A stretch of DNA of 64,000 bases from Octopus vulgaris. Its lineage: Eukaryota. Below the pieces are notes generated by a model. The model did not search any database and was not told the origin of the DNA. It saw only the letters and a list, made by a program, of their open reading frames with translations. A program made the translations under genes and the position numbers. The stretch covers positions 4,588,001 through 4,652,000 of the forward strand of contig OX597828.1 of the NCBI GenBank assembly GCA_951406725.2, given 5' to 3'. Positions 38,900 to 52,715 of this stretch are shown one piece after another (position 1 is the first letter of the stretch; the number at the start of each line of letters is the position of its first letter).

Positions 38900-39620
38900 A
38901 CACGCCTTCCGTTAACACAGAGTAGTATATTCATCAAAGCGACAATGTGAAGAATAGCATGTCTGGCACAAGCCGAACAGGACTCACAATGCAGGAATGT
39001 TTGTAGAAGCGTCAACCTCAGCACATATTTGCTACCATCAATGGTGACATATAGAACTTGTTATGCTTAAACACATGACTGTAAATGGATAGGCCGACCA
39101 GAACAACTCAGCATGTAAGAAATATGCATCAGTTGTGATGTTTCAACACAGACTAAAATTTGGAATTTGGACTAGGAAAGATGGTCTACCATAAGGTATA
39201 AATAATATCGGTGTTTGCTATGTCCCCATGTCCTTTTCGAGACAACATCCTCCAGCGAATTTCAGGATTATACTACCTACTTTGCATTGTATTAGCCTAT
39301 TTGTTGTTCACTTGAAGTCCGCATGAAATCGAGAGTCAAGTAACTTAACTTGTTTGTCAATCCATCGTCCAAAGCTTCTCTTCAAGATGGGCTAGCTACA
39401 AGCACACTATCTTTTCCAGTTTAAAATATGCCCCTGTACATACTTTGTTTTCTGTACACAAATAATAACTTATCGGACTCCCGTGCAGACCCGTACCATT
39501 ATTTGAAAGCCGTGTGCATATAACCACACTGCTCTCCTGCATTCTATTTTGAACAAAATGCACCTCAAAACTTATTTGTACCGAATATATGCATCGAGAG
39601 GACAAAAACGGATGTATTAC
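38900..39620 (-). mobile_element. Very degenerate LINE reverse transcriptase fragment
   Basis: The minus strand gives GLHGSPIS..L (GVPQGS-like) and a downstream TWG motif. Clade cannot be assigned. Confidence 0.3.
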
Positions 39621-41194
39621 TTAAACATTGAATACTAAATATAATTGGAATAAAGACGGTATTAATTACAAAGACGCCGCAAAAACGTGAACGACTGAAG
39701 TCTTTAACCGGCTATTTGTGTTGTAAATTTGTTCAACCGCCGAGAGATATAATGTACCATCCTCCTCCATAGAAATCGAACTCAAAACAGAAATGGACGT
39801 ATGTACATTCTGAAATACTTTTTATCCAGTTCTGTACATATTTTGACGATAATTGATATGACTTACTCAAGTTTTAACCTTGACTAGCAGAGAACCATAT
39901 TTTCGTATCAAAATCAGGGAGAAGGAAACAATTCCACACAGCAGTATTGACTTTGTTTATAATCTTCAAAAATATCATACACTGAATTTGATTGGAAAAT
40001 AATCACAGTGACAGGGTGGTTTTTCAACAACAATAACTATTAATTTACTAATTTGTGGCGTTCAGAACTAACGTTTGAAGTTTGGGTTGTGTCTCTATGG
40101 CGTTGATTGGGGTTTGCTTCAAAGAAATCTGCTTAAGGTTATGTTAGATTTTTCACTCAGAGTTACAAAAGAGACGATAATTGCTGATGTGTTTTCTACC
40201 AATTATTGTAGAGATAAAATAAAGTGAAATAAAATCAAATACTTTTCATCAGAGCATTAAAATTGTTTGTTCTCGACTTTATAATTAGTATTAAATTATG
40301 TGTGTACACTAACCTTGATATTTAACGATTCAAATTCCAATTAAACTACAAATGTTTGTGGTTTCCTTATGGCTATATTTTTCCCATGGGTCATGTTTAT
40401 AACAGAGATCTGTAAGTGAATGTAAGTTACTATGTCGTTAGTTATAATTCACTGCATCACAAATTGTCTCATAGGAGAGAAATTGTGAAAATACATTGCT
40501 GATACATAAAGATACATTGTATATAGAGTCATATGGGGAAATTAGTGATTGACAATAATGGTAACAAGAGATTTTAAATATATAGATGCATATAACGCAT
40601 ATATGTCGCTATATCTTGTTGTATCGCAATATATTTGAAATAAGGCTCGCTCCGCTGCTAATGAGTATATTTATTACTGGATATTACCATGCCTCGAGAT
40701 CGTATTAATATATCTTCAATTCTGTCTTCACATATACGAAACAAGTTTAGCTTTGTATACAGACAGAAGTATTAGGTTATGTTCACACACATACAAGTTA
40801 ATTTAGTTAAAATAGAGGTATGATGAATAACTTTTGCAGTTCCTGGTAGGTGACTTGGGAAGATTGAGGGTTATGTTATTTCTTAAAAGTTGATATATTT
40901 GTCTGTAAGTAGTTTAATATTAAATACTAAAGAAAATAAGGGCGAACATATATTGGATAAGCTTGGATTAAAGTTTTTTTCAAAGAATAGATTACACATT
41001 AAGTTCTTCCAAATCGTAATGTAACTTAAGTTATATCAAACACATTTTGATTCAAAGAACTTTCATTTTTTGTAAAGTACATGGGTGATGTTGTTCTTAA
41101 CTAAATTAAAAATGACTGTGTTCGTTTTGTTAATATATTTGATTGGTCAACATCTTTCATTGTAAATACAGCTGATTGTCCATAAAGCATCTGA

Positions 41195-41372
41195 CTGGCA
41201 GAATCGTTAGCATGCCGGACTAAATGCTTAGCGGCATTTTGTACGTCTTTACGTTCCGAGTTTGAATGCCGGTGAGGTCAACTTTGCTTTTCCTCCTTTC
41301 AGAGTTGATAACGTAAGTACCAAGTTGAATACGAGGGTCAAATACTAATCAACTTGTGCCAAAATATGAAAC
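41195..41372 (+). mobile_element. tRNA-derived SINE, third family
   Basis: ctggcagaatcgttagca...aaatgcttagc.g.atttt shared with 59228-59410, and a B-box-like gtttgaatgcc. Confidence 0.7.
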
Positions 41373-42599
41373 CAACATAATTGTTTGTATGTTTGATTGT
41401 AGCCTAAATATTAGTACGTGTGTAATAAATGTAATAATCTCCAATAACTTTAAAGTATATTGTTCTTGCCAACATGCTTTTGGATATGAAGTGAACATTG
41501 AAGATATTGCTGGACAATTGATATGAAAATCATTAGCAATAAACTTAAATTACAATAGTGAAAGTTTTCCTCAAAGTTTATTACTAAAAGTGATGAGGCA
41601 GTAATAATACTGGGGCTAGTATTTGAGGAATCTTAAAATAATCACAGCATGGTCATGGTATATCATTTGGTCAAAGCAAATATTTCATGCATTTCCCTCT
41701 TAATTCCTGTTTTACTTATATTTGGGTTCAAATTTATTTCAGAAGTTGTAGGGAGATTTGATGTAAATGTTTTTAATATAATTTTCAATCTTATCGCATA
41801 TTGAACCGTCTTATACAAAAGGCAAGAACACAAGAACATATTTTTAGACATTGTGATGTATTTCGTATAGTTTGAGATGATGTGCAAATTGAGTTAATTG
41901 ACTCTGTGTCCTTGATTGTTAATTGATATAACAGACAACGGTAAAGAAAAGAAAAATACAACGTTAACTTCGCGGAAATTTGAAGGTATGGTAACTAAGC
42001 AATGACGCAATTCAAACTTCTGCAACTAGAAGCCAATTGATGACATTTGATGCATCTATGGCCTTACACACAGGTGCCGATTGGATCTACAGACATCACG
42101 GATCCCTCTAGTTTCTCATTTAGAATGTTCTGGATCTTATTTAAGCGAATATATAAATGGCTTTTACTGGAGTATGTATTGCAACTAGGTTTTCTGTTCG
42201 AAAGACCATTCAGAATATTCCTTTGTCACCCACTATAGGAGAAGTTCGTGGTGGTTTTTGTTCTTGCAGGGATCATAGGATAGGATTTGTATTTCAGCAT
42301 AGAATCCATTCAAAGCCTATGACCACCAAAGGTCTCGTCAGCGCTAAAGATACGGTAGAGGCACTAGTTTTGTCACCTGATGCTGCAATGAGATTTACCT
42401 CATCTAAATATAGGGTTTATAGATTGTTTGTATTGTAAATAATATTTGCAATTGATTAGCGACGGAAAAGAATGCATAAAATATGAATAGAGAAAGGCAT
42501 GTTTCTTGTACTGGTATAAGGACTTTCAGTTTTGAGAAGTTTGATAGTGATAAAACTGGCCATAGCACTTGGAGCTAAAAAAGATGAAGATGGCTACGG

Positions 42600-42690
42600 C
42601 GACGTCAACGACGACGACGACGACGACGACGAAGAAGAAGAAGAAGAAGAAGAAGAAGAAGAAGAAGAAGAAGAAGAAGAAGAAGAAGAA
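42600..42690. repeat. (GAC)n(GAA)n microsatellite
   Basis: Direct reading. Confidence 0.95.
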
Positions 42691-42719
42691 ACAGTAGAGA
42701 TGACCATAAATCATTAGGG

Positions 42720-44110
42720 GTAAACAACAGTCATCATGTAACAAGCCAGTTTTAATTCAAAGCATGATAGGATATTAAATTGGAGGAATATTTCTCACAA
42801 CAATGTATAAACAAGAACCGAACTGGTCAAAGAACGAGAATATCAGCTCTGAACGGAATGAAAAGGAAAACATCTTGTAAAGTAGTAAAGAAGCTGAACG
42901 AGTTGTTAACCGTCAATGTTGAGAACGCAAAGATCTGAACGATGTTATATACTGTAATGCCTCTCATGTTATGGGGATTATTCAGATCAAATGTCAAGGA
43001 AAATGGGAAAATGAGACAAATGCTGGAAATGGAGACTTGAGAATCCAGTTCAAAGCTCAATAAAGATCTTGTAAGGATAATTTCAACAATTGAAAAAATG
43101 CTGGCGAAAGAAAAGAAAGGAACGAACTGCAAAGCAAGTAGAACATAAGACAAAGCAGATTACAGGTAGTTAGGGAAGAGGTAAAAAAAATTTAAGGCGA
43201 TATCACGTATAGAACAAAACAGATGCCAACAAAGAATAAATAAAGATCAGCAGAACAGGCTCTTCAGAAAGGATGAAAGGACATTTTAGCAATAGGTGAA
43301 TGAAGAAAATGAACACCAGCGGAATTAAGCGGCGAATGTTGAAGCAGCAAGGAAAGATAAAGAATATTTGATCATATACTTGGGACCAAAAGTTCCCCGT
43401 AATCAAAATAAAATGGATAAAAATAAAAGAGATAAAGAAAAAAAAAAAAGAAAATTTGAATATTACACATGGAACAACGAAAAATCTTTAAGATAATGCC
43501 AACTTGGTAAGCCTCTAGACCAGATTATATTCACGGAATTTGACCAACAAAAAGCAAAAACAAAATCAAAACAGACTCAAGCGTGCGAAGCTGTATATAT
43601 CCTTTTTTTCTTTTTTCTTTTTTATTGAATGCATAGAAAATGAAACACAAGGCAAGTAAGGACAAAGAAACAATGTTGTGAATCAGTTATTATTATTATC
43701 ATGTTACAAGCTTTCTGATACTCCAGAAATTATTATATTGCATCAGAGCAAATAAACTGCATAGCTTTCTGGACAAGCAGTATCTATATACAATGCAGCA
43801 AAAAAAGGATGCTGAAAAACGTCGAGAAGAACTACTGACCCGTTGCATATCGATAACATCATATTAAGTGAGGCACCAATAAGAAATACGATATTGGCTT
43901 TTGACCGAATACAAGAATGATTAGGGTAAAGCCTAAATTATTTGCTCTTAAAGTGCATGAGGTCACTCTGTGTTAATAACAAGATGAAATTTTTTGTCGG
44001 TAATGCGATCATGGTAAAGATAATTAAAATGTGGAAATGAATCATGTGAAAGCTTGTAGAATTTTATTACAGATTAGAGGGTGCCTCACTGATGTTTTAT
44101 CATTTTGCCA
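42720..44110 (+). mobile_element. Highly degenerate non-LTR retrotransposon (R4/Dong-like, region upstream of and entering RT)
   Basis: Purine-rich coding-like strand with remnants resembling W.A.GPD.IHG (ccagattatattcacgga) and W.D....YD (tattggcttttgaccgaatacaag). No intact frame. Confidence 0.35.
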
Positions 44111-46614
44111 TGTGGATCATCTTTGAATACGTGACAGTATCCCCATTACAAATATGAGAGTTCTGCGGCGATGTTTAACATGCAATAAAAAAATATAGGC
44201 ATTAGATACTTCTGGGCTTTCTTTTGGTATGTCATAATATCAGGAGATGGCTGAGATATTTCCTGGTTTCGAAGAGGTGGGGCTTGTCTTTTAAATGCAG
44301 CCCTAAAATTGTTAAGGAGGTGCTTTCACGAGGAAGGATCCATAGTGGGAATGAAATCCAATACTTGGAGCTGGTCTGGGAGTTTTATTTGAATGATACT
44401 TTTGTTTGGTGGTTGTGTGGTGTGATAAATTTTCTCTTGAATGGTTTAGTATTTGAGGTATTTTGCTGTTAAAAAGACAAGGTTACGTGGGAGAATGTAT
44501 TTGTGATTTTCATTCATGGAATCAAAGTAGAAATGGTGTGTGGTTGGGAGGTCTAGGGATAAATAAGGATCGAAACATCTCTATGAGAATATTTCCCCTT
44601 TTAGTATGTGTATAAACAATGAAACAACCCAACTTTTGCGATATTTCACATTACAAACTCAGTATGTAATAACTAAGTAACAGGTTCTCTGTCTCTACAA
44701 TCACTCTTGTAAAAGTTGATGGTCCCCGAAGCTGCTTATGTTCATGCTAGCTTTATTCAGAAATAACTTAGCTTTCTCTTATCACCCTGGTTAAGTGAAA
44801 CCTTACAGGCCCCACACTAATGAATACTTCAACTCTCTTCCTCATCGGAACTACACCTCTCCAGAATTATTTCTTTCTTCCTATCTATCATGTATGTGAT
44901 TATTTCTAAAAATGTCTAAGAAGTAGATTATCATTCAGGCTACTTTGGGAAGCAGTGACATTTCTATAGATCCAGAAACTAAAGAAGAATATCAATAAAC
45001 CTAAGAATACCATCGTGCATAATACAAGACTATTTATCATAAGCACTAGATACTAAAGAATCAATCGGATGTGCATAAACATATATACATACCTACAAGC
45101 GAAATTGTCTGGAATATGGAATTGTCTAAGAACGTGTGTCCAAGAGCAATATAATAATGTTCCTGGCTACATTCCAACTTGAGTGAAGATCCTCTGTGTT
45201 TCTTTGTGGAGCATGATCGAAAATGACATTGCACATCTATTATATACATTGTTATTTTATATATAACAACAAAACTGTGACAAGAAAGCATGTATATAGA
45301 GATGCACGCGTCCATACACGTGCAGTTCTGTTGTATTCACGTATTTTATACGCACAAGAGCGCACGTGTATGTATATGTATATACGCACATAATTGTATG
45401 TATTTATACGTATATGCGTGTTTAATTTTCTCTACGATCACCACCATCTCTTTCTTTTTTTCTTTTCCTATAGCCCTTTCTTCAATAATATTTCGACACT
45501 TTCTTACGTTATTAATATAGTTACTAGATTCTTTTTTCTCTTTTTCCTTGCTCTTTTTCTTATTTTTTCACTCTGGAGACCACACATGAGTATGTGTGTG
45601 TATATATATATATTTGTTTATATATATCTGTCTGTACATATGGACACGTATATATGTATGTACGCGTATGTGTTGACATGTACATATATATATATATATA
45701 TATATGCATGATGGTATATGTAGATATGTAGAAATGTGTGTATGCATGTATACACGTTAATGTATATGCATATGTATGTGTGTAACTGCCCACGTATGTG
45801 TGTATCCGTATACATATATAATGGTATATGTATGCTTAAGATATGTGTATGCATTTATGTATACGTGTGTGTGCGTATATACATATGTGTGTGTATGTGT
45901 TTATATATGCATATATGTGTTTGCTTATGTGCATATGCATGTATATCATTTTCGTGTAAATATATAGTTATAGATTTGTATGTTTGTATGTGTATACGTA
46001 ACAAAAAATGGTTAATGAATTTTAAACGGAGGAACTCTTCACTCCATGGCTTTTAAATTTATAAAACGAAATTATGCCTGTAGCACAGGATTTATGACAG
46101 ACAAACCGTAGACAGGAACTTCGCTGCGAGCTAGCTAGGAAGTTGATCAGCAGCGAAAGTGACTTCCGGTGAGAGAATAACAACAAAAGAATGTCAGCAG
46201 TGAGTGTTAAACGAATCTGAATGAATTAAACAGAAATAGCTGGCAACTTCAGCCCCGATGTACGTAAAGTAATAAGCTTTTGATAAATGTATTCGCGTCT
46301 CTACTACTTTGCTAGTAGCTTAACAAAGCTATACGCCTCTTTTATTTATTTATTTATTTATCATTAGCTAATCTCTTCTGGACATGTATTACTCCCTTCT
46401 GCATTAAAGTTTTGTTTCCATATTATACAATACGATATTCTACCGATCAATTTATACACCGCAGACCAGCCCAACCGTTTGCGAATACAACACTGTTTAT
46501 GTTTTCAAAGTAAATTATTCAGTCAAAATCAAATATCTATATATTAAATCATATATTACATGTACAATCAGGGTTTTATTCAATGTTTGATCACAACTGT
46601 CCGATGTATGGGAA

Positions 46615-46842
46615 CATGGATTTGGTAGATGAAAACTGAAAGACACCTGACGTAAATATATATATATATATATTGATATATATTGGTAAAAAGGATAAGA
46701 AAACAAGAGAAAGAAAGAGACCTCAATATTATGTAAATAAAGGAATTTATATGTAAATGTATGTGACAATTATTCGGTAGCCAAGATAAAACTCAGAGTT
46801 TTATCTTGGCTACCGAATAATTTTCACATATTATATTTACAG

Positions 46843-46939
<97 letters not shown>

Positions 46940-47020
46940 TGTGTTTGTCTCCCCCTCCACCATCGTTTGACCACCAATGTTGATATTTTTACGACCCTGT
47001 AACCTAGCTGTTCGGCAGAA
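46615..47020 (+). mobile_element. SINE body (family of 34982-35388) with a hairpin insert in its microsatellite
   Basis: tggatttggtagatgaaaactgaaaga lies before, and gtgtctgtgtttgtc...ctgttcggca after, the TA/TG tracts. Confidence 0.75.
46752..46841. repeat. Near-perfect hairpin ending a short insert (46675-46841)
   Basis: aattattcggtagccaagataaaactc-a-gagttttatcttggctaccgaataatt, centred at 46795. Confidence 0.95.
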
Positions 47021-47039
47021 TGTATGCACTTAGTCCTGT

Positions 47040-47640
47040 TGAGTTAGCCTTCTTCTTATTTCCGAAGCTCGATAGGTGTGCATTATATGTGAGAATCATT
47101 TGGTTCTAAGCGTATGATTTCGTCTGGTTATATGTGTGGACGTCACATTGGTAAACTACGTTATTTGTCTTGCATCTAATTGAGAAATAGTACTTTGTTC
47201 TATCCCTACAGCCGCTTAAATAATTAGGTGTATCTACGTCCGTGTTGTATCGTGGAGGGCAATTATTATTCAGGTCTGTACCTAAGTTAGCAGGAGGCGT
47301 TGCGTTAGTAGGGGGCTTAGTTCTATTATTTGGTTGGTTATTATTTTTATTGTTCACAATCTTTCTATTTTCATAGATTTTGTCAAGTCTTTTATTATTC
47401 ATTGATGCTATTATTGTGGTTAAGTTATTCGTCAGATCGTGGCCTATTCTCATTTTATTCCTAAATAATTCCGTGTATTTATTATTAAAGTCTACGTGTT
47501 TGTTTATGATTTTCATTTATGAGCGAACTGCATGGTGTAGGCGATTACAAGCCAGATAATAACAATATTTTGTTTATTTTTTGTGTTGTTTTTTCCTAGT
47601 ATAGAGTTTCCCATTGTTATCATATCTATTTTGTTCTCCT
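47040..47640 (-). mobile_element. Degenerate PLE fragment, Naiad/Chlamys-like (RT C-terminus to GIY-YIG)
   Basis: ORF 47106-47516: IINKH......Y.ELF.N..RI......NL.TII...N, then GCRDR......RCKTNNVVYQCDV......KSY, matching the CxCR..CPL..C...VVY...YIG pattern. Confidence 0.65.
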
Positions 47641-47659
47641 ATATAACCTAAACTACAGT

Positions 47660-50600
47660 TTACCAACCGATCATGCCCCCATGACCCCGGACCACGAGGG
47701 GAGAATAAAGGATTAAATAGGGACGGAAAAAAACGAAATGGACTTGGACCGGAAATGAACAATGAGAAAGGAAACGGTATAGGAATGGTTGATGAGGTGT
47801 TTGCTAGTTATATCGGGCTGAGAATCCACCAAGGGAAGGTGTGTCAGAAGAAAGTAATTCAACAACGCAGGTTGATAAACCATAAGACGTGTGGCCAGAA
47901 CCCCCTGGAAAATAACCATAGCGAAGTTCATTCCACAGTTGAATTGGAACACTCAAAAAGACTGATAGGCGTGAAGAGGACAAAGATTAAGTGGCCGAAA
48001 GCAAATGACGCAGCGAGTTATAAAAATTTGACGACGTGGTAGCAAGAATGACCACCAAATTCAAAGGCGACGACGAACAAAAGCTCGAAAACCTGGCTAA
48101 TACAATCTACCAGGAAGGAGAGAAAAGATTTGGACTGGAAACAACAGGGAAGGTAGAATCAACGGCAAAGAGCGGGCCATCGAAGAGAGAAAGACGGATC
48201 GCAAAGATTCGAGAAGAGAAGAAAAAACTCAGAACCAGATGGAGGGATGCAAAGGAAGAGGAAAGAGAAGGGCTAAAGCAGCTATATGAAGAGATAAAAA
48301 AAGAGGCATCGAGATCTGCTAAGAAAACGAAGAAGGAAGAGCAGAAGAAAGGAGAGAGAAAAAACTATCGTAGCTTTGTGAACAATCCCTATCAATATGC
48401 GAAACATTTATTTACTGAAAGTAAAAGCGGAAAATTGGATTGCACGAAAGAAGAGCTCGAACAGCATCTGAAAAAGACATACAGCCACTCTGACAGAAAC
48501 GAAGTACTCCCAGAAATGCACGGACTGAAGAAACGACCTGAACCAAGAGTACCATTTGATTTGAGTCACATCAAACGAAAAGAAATGGATGAGTTCATAA
48601 GAAAAGCAAGAGCAAAAAGTTCACCAGGGAACGATGGACTTAGCTACAAAGTATATAAATATTGCCCGAAATTACGCTTGCACCTGTTTGCACTGATAAG
48701 AGAAATGTGGAAGAATAAAGATGTAGCGGAGCGATGGTGCATAGCTGAAGGTATCTATATACCTAAAGAAAAAGAGGCAAAAACACTAGGTCAATTTAGA
48801 CCAATTTCATTATTAAATACTGACGGGAAATTCATGTTTGGAATTATTGCTACACGAATCATAAGATTCGTACAGCATAACGAGTACGTTAATGAAGCAG
48901 TCCCAAAACAGGAATCCCCGGAATCACTGGATGCATAGAACACGTATTTGCCATCTGGGAAGCCTTCACCTGTGCAAAACAAATGAAGAAAAACATGTAT
49001 ATTGTTTGGCTAGATCTTGCCAATGCTTATGGATCTGTTCCGCACGCAATAATAAAAACAGCGATGGACTTCTTTTGGATTCCAAAAGATATTCAACGAA
49101 TGTTCATGTCGTACTACGACAACCTGAGGATGAGATTTACAGCACGAAAGTTCACAACGGATTGGCAACGGCTTGAAATAGGTATTGCAGCGGGATGCAT
49201 GATATCAGTCATCATATTCGTGCTAGTCATGGAAACGTTACTTAGATCTACAAACTGTGAGAAAGCTGTTACAAAGACACCATTAAGGGCTTTTATGGAC
49301 TACGTAACTATATTATCGGAAAGTAGAGAAGCAGCAGAGGGAACGTTAGAGAGGTTGGACGAACTGATAGGATGGGCAAGGATGAAATTCAAAGCCAAAA
49401 AATCTCGAAGTGTGGCTTTCGTGAAAGGAAGGCAAGAAGAAATGAAATTCAGGATAGGAGGTGAAGACATACCAACTGTGAAAGAACAACCAGTAAAGAG
49501 TCTCGGCAGATGGTATAGAGATGTATTAAATGATAAGAAGCAAGGGAAAGAAACACACGAGTTAGTAGAACAATGATTAAAGGCAATTGACAGAACAACC
49601 CTGCCGGGAAAATTCAAATGTTCGATACTGCAATTTGGGCTGTACCCAAGAATAATGTGGCCATTGCAAATGTACGAAATAACCTTGAGTAGAGTAGAAA
49701 GGATGGAACAAAGATGCAGTGTGTTTATCAGAAAATGGCTTTGTCTGACGAAACCACTTAATACAACTGCACTATATGGAAAACCCATGCTACAGCTACC
49801 AATAACATCAATCGCCGAAGAATATAAAGTAGAAAAGGCAAGGACAGTAATGATGCTAAGGTATTCAAAAGATCAGAGCATCCGGGAAAACCCTCCAAAG
49901 GTACAAACATGGAGGTGATGGAAGGTGGAAGAGGCAGTAAACAGGGCGATCGGAAAACTAAGACACGCAGATATAGTCGGAGCGACGTAAGAAGCAAGAA
50001 CCGGGTTAGGGTCGCAAAATTTCAGGCCATTTTGCAAGAGCAGTATAAAAGAGATGAAAGAGGCAGTGGTATACGAAGTGAGAAAGGAGGAAGAAGAAAG
50101 GCAAAATGTACATTTGGTGCAATGCAGTCAACAGGGCCTGAGATGGGAAGAATACGTGATCAGCCGAAGAATATCATGGAAGGAACTTTGGGCTTGGGAT
50201 CAAGTCTACCTTGGATGTTCTACCCTCACCGGTGAACTTAGTCCGGTAGAACATAAACACAACCGAAGAGTGTAGATGCGGAGAGAAAGCGACGGTTAGA
50301 CATGTTCTGTCAAATTGCAGACTAGCACTAGAAAGATGTACATGGCGGCATAATCAAGTCCTCAGCGTCATAAGCGCAGCACTCAAGGAGAAGATCGAGA
50401 TGTACAATAGGGGCGAGTACCCATAAGTAGAAAACGCAGGAAAGTATACTTCCACAAGGAGGGAAAAGGATATAAAACCAGGCCTACAAGTAAAGTATAC
50501 GAGATAGACGAAAGATGGAAGGGATACTGGGAGGTGGCCACAGACTTGGAAGGACAAGTAATATTTCCACTAATAAAAACAACAAAAAGACCAGATTTAG

Positions 50601-51470
50601 TCATAAGGAACAGAGACCGGGGAATACGAATTTTACTAGAACTGACGGTACCTTGGGAAGAGAACATCGGCAATGCAAAGGAACGAAAGAAGAGGTACGA
50701 AAAGCTAATCGAAGAATGCAGAGAACAGAGATGGAATGTCTAATATTAACACCTGGCAGTGGGGGCCAGAGGCTTCATTGAAACGAAAACGACAACGCTT
50801 TTCAAAAGAAGATTTGTTTTTTTCTAGCTCCGAGCTGCGAAAACTAATAAGGAGAGTACATGAGGCGGTCGAAAAAGCCTGGTTCTATATATGGCTGAAG
50901 CGGGAAGACCGAAAATGGCGTGAAAGTCATAACATGCCAACGGGAAATAACATCATTAGGTGAGACAAGCTGACACTGAATCAGCTTCGTAGACTGAGAG
51001 GTGACGGTCATTTAGAGAATGCGCGGGCTAAAATTACGCGCCTTCACTAGTCAGTTAAGGTGAGACAGTGACACGTGACTACTTGCGGGGGTTGGTTGCT
51101 GGAGCCTACGGCAGGTATTTGAAGGGAAAATTTTGACAAGTAAGTTAGTCACCGGCTGAAACTCCCTGACGATACATCGAAGAGGCCAGGGAACAGAAGA
51201 AAGAAGAAAGAAGACATGCACCCAACACCAGAGCTGAAGACTCCTCCGAAAGGGGGCGGGTTCGCCACGTCAAAACGGTAGAGGAGTAGGGGCCGAGACG
51301 GACGTGGTTCCTCCTGATGATGTCTTGAGCTAACTATATCCTATAAAGGAGCTGTTGTGGTGGCAGACCACGAAACACGGTTGTAATTCCTCCAAACTTA
51401 CGAAAGTATGTACCTACCCAGGTAATAACCAGGAGCGACTTTGGATTTAGTTATCTCTTAGAGGAATTAA
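47660..51470 (+). mobile_element. Near full-length but frameshifted HERO-like RLE non-LTR retrotransposon
   Basis: N-terminal zinc-finger remnant (GLRIHQGKVC); RT motifs SSPGNDG, QFRPISLLN, WLDLANAYGSVPH, GIAAGC.IS and AFMDY (DD mutated); CCHC region ending HVLSNC..WRHNQVL; endonuclease RPDLVI..LLELTVPWEE. Several frameshifts and stops. Confidence 0.88.
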
Positions 51471-51604
51471 ACCTCTCTAACTGATACCTACACAACATAC
51501 GTCTATGTATTTATATGCAGTATGTATATGTGTATATATATGTATACATGTGTGCGTTTTTGTGTGTCTTTGTGCATGTACATATATACATATGTGTATA
51601 TGTA

Positions 51605-52613
51605 TCTCTCTATATATAAAACTGAGAATATGTGCCTGTGTGTCTGTCTGTCTGTCTGTGTGTTTCCCTAAAACTTGAGAACTACACAACCAATTTCATT
51701 CAAATTTTACACATGCCTAACTTAGGGTGCATGTAGTTTCATGAGCAAAAAAATGTTCAACTTCTTGCCTAGAGCGAGCCCATAGCAATATCTTATCTTC
51801 TCCACTATTTCAGTATTACGTGTTAAAAGTGAAACAAAAACATTTCTCTATTTTATGTCAGATGCTTTCACTTTAACAATAAAAATAATAATAACAATTG
51901 AATTATATGTAGTAAGTAATAATTAAAATCAAACTAAAGTATAATATAATCGTAACATAACAAAAGTAAAAATAGCAATTGGTATAAAATTGAATCTATG
52001 ACTTGAACTTGAATAAGTGGTTTCACATGAATGGGAATAAATTAAAAATAAAATTAGTGTGCAGAAATGGAATAGTCCAGATGGATAATAAAAAATTAAA
52101 CTAAAGAAAAGACTATTGTCTATAAAGTATACAATGTAGAGAAAAAAGATTTGAACACCTGGAGGAAAGCACCATCGAGAAGTGTCTTGTAAATTCGCCA
52201 CAATAGAAGCAAGTTTCGAGTAAACGGAGTATGCAAGGGAGTACTCGGATCAAACCTTGCAAAGTGGAAATATTTTATTTTTACCTTTATATCTGGGACG
52301 TAGGATACCCCGATAAAAATTTAAAATGGCCCCCTCCCAGCAGTAGAGGTAGGGTGGATTGTAGCCACACTTCTATACAAGAGGGAGGACAAGATACAAT
52401 TGATCGAAATTGCAAGAGACGGGCTTACAATTCCAATCTGTTATATATTTTGAGTATTGTTATTACTAGCGATATCAAGATATAACTTTGTATTTTGTAT
52501 TTTATGTGTAGATGTATATATATATAGATGTAGATGTAATATGTACACATATATATACACATATATACATGCACTAGCACTATGACTCGGCAACAACGGG
52601 TATTTAATGCTTG
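51605..52613 (+). mobile_element. Probable non-autonomous Helitron
   Basis: A|TC start (tctctctatatataaaa), subterminal (GTCT)n, and an imperfect 3' hairpin actcgg-caaca-acgggt about 10 nt before CTTG|T (CTRR-like). No TSD. Confidence 0.45.
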
Positions 52614-52622
52614 TATATATAC

Positions 52623-52653
<31 letters not shown>

Positions 52654-52657
52654 TGTA

Positions 52658-52710
<53 letters not shown>

Positions 52711-52715
<5 letters not shown>

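Noticed and set aside
42532-42717. ORF resembling a signal peptide plus an acidic D/E tract
   Set aside because: TTG start, and the acidic tract is a (GAC)n(GAA)n microsatellite next to LINE debris. No other support.
44190-44560. Possible minus-strand GIY-YIG remnant of a PLE
   Set aside because: Only scattered residues fit and no continuous frame supports it.
47040-47640. Selenocysteine recoding in the Naiad-like fragment
   Set aside because: Some Naiad PLEs are known to use Sec, but this copy is too decayed. No in-frame TGA at a conserved Cys and no SECIS could be identified.
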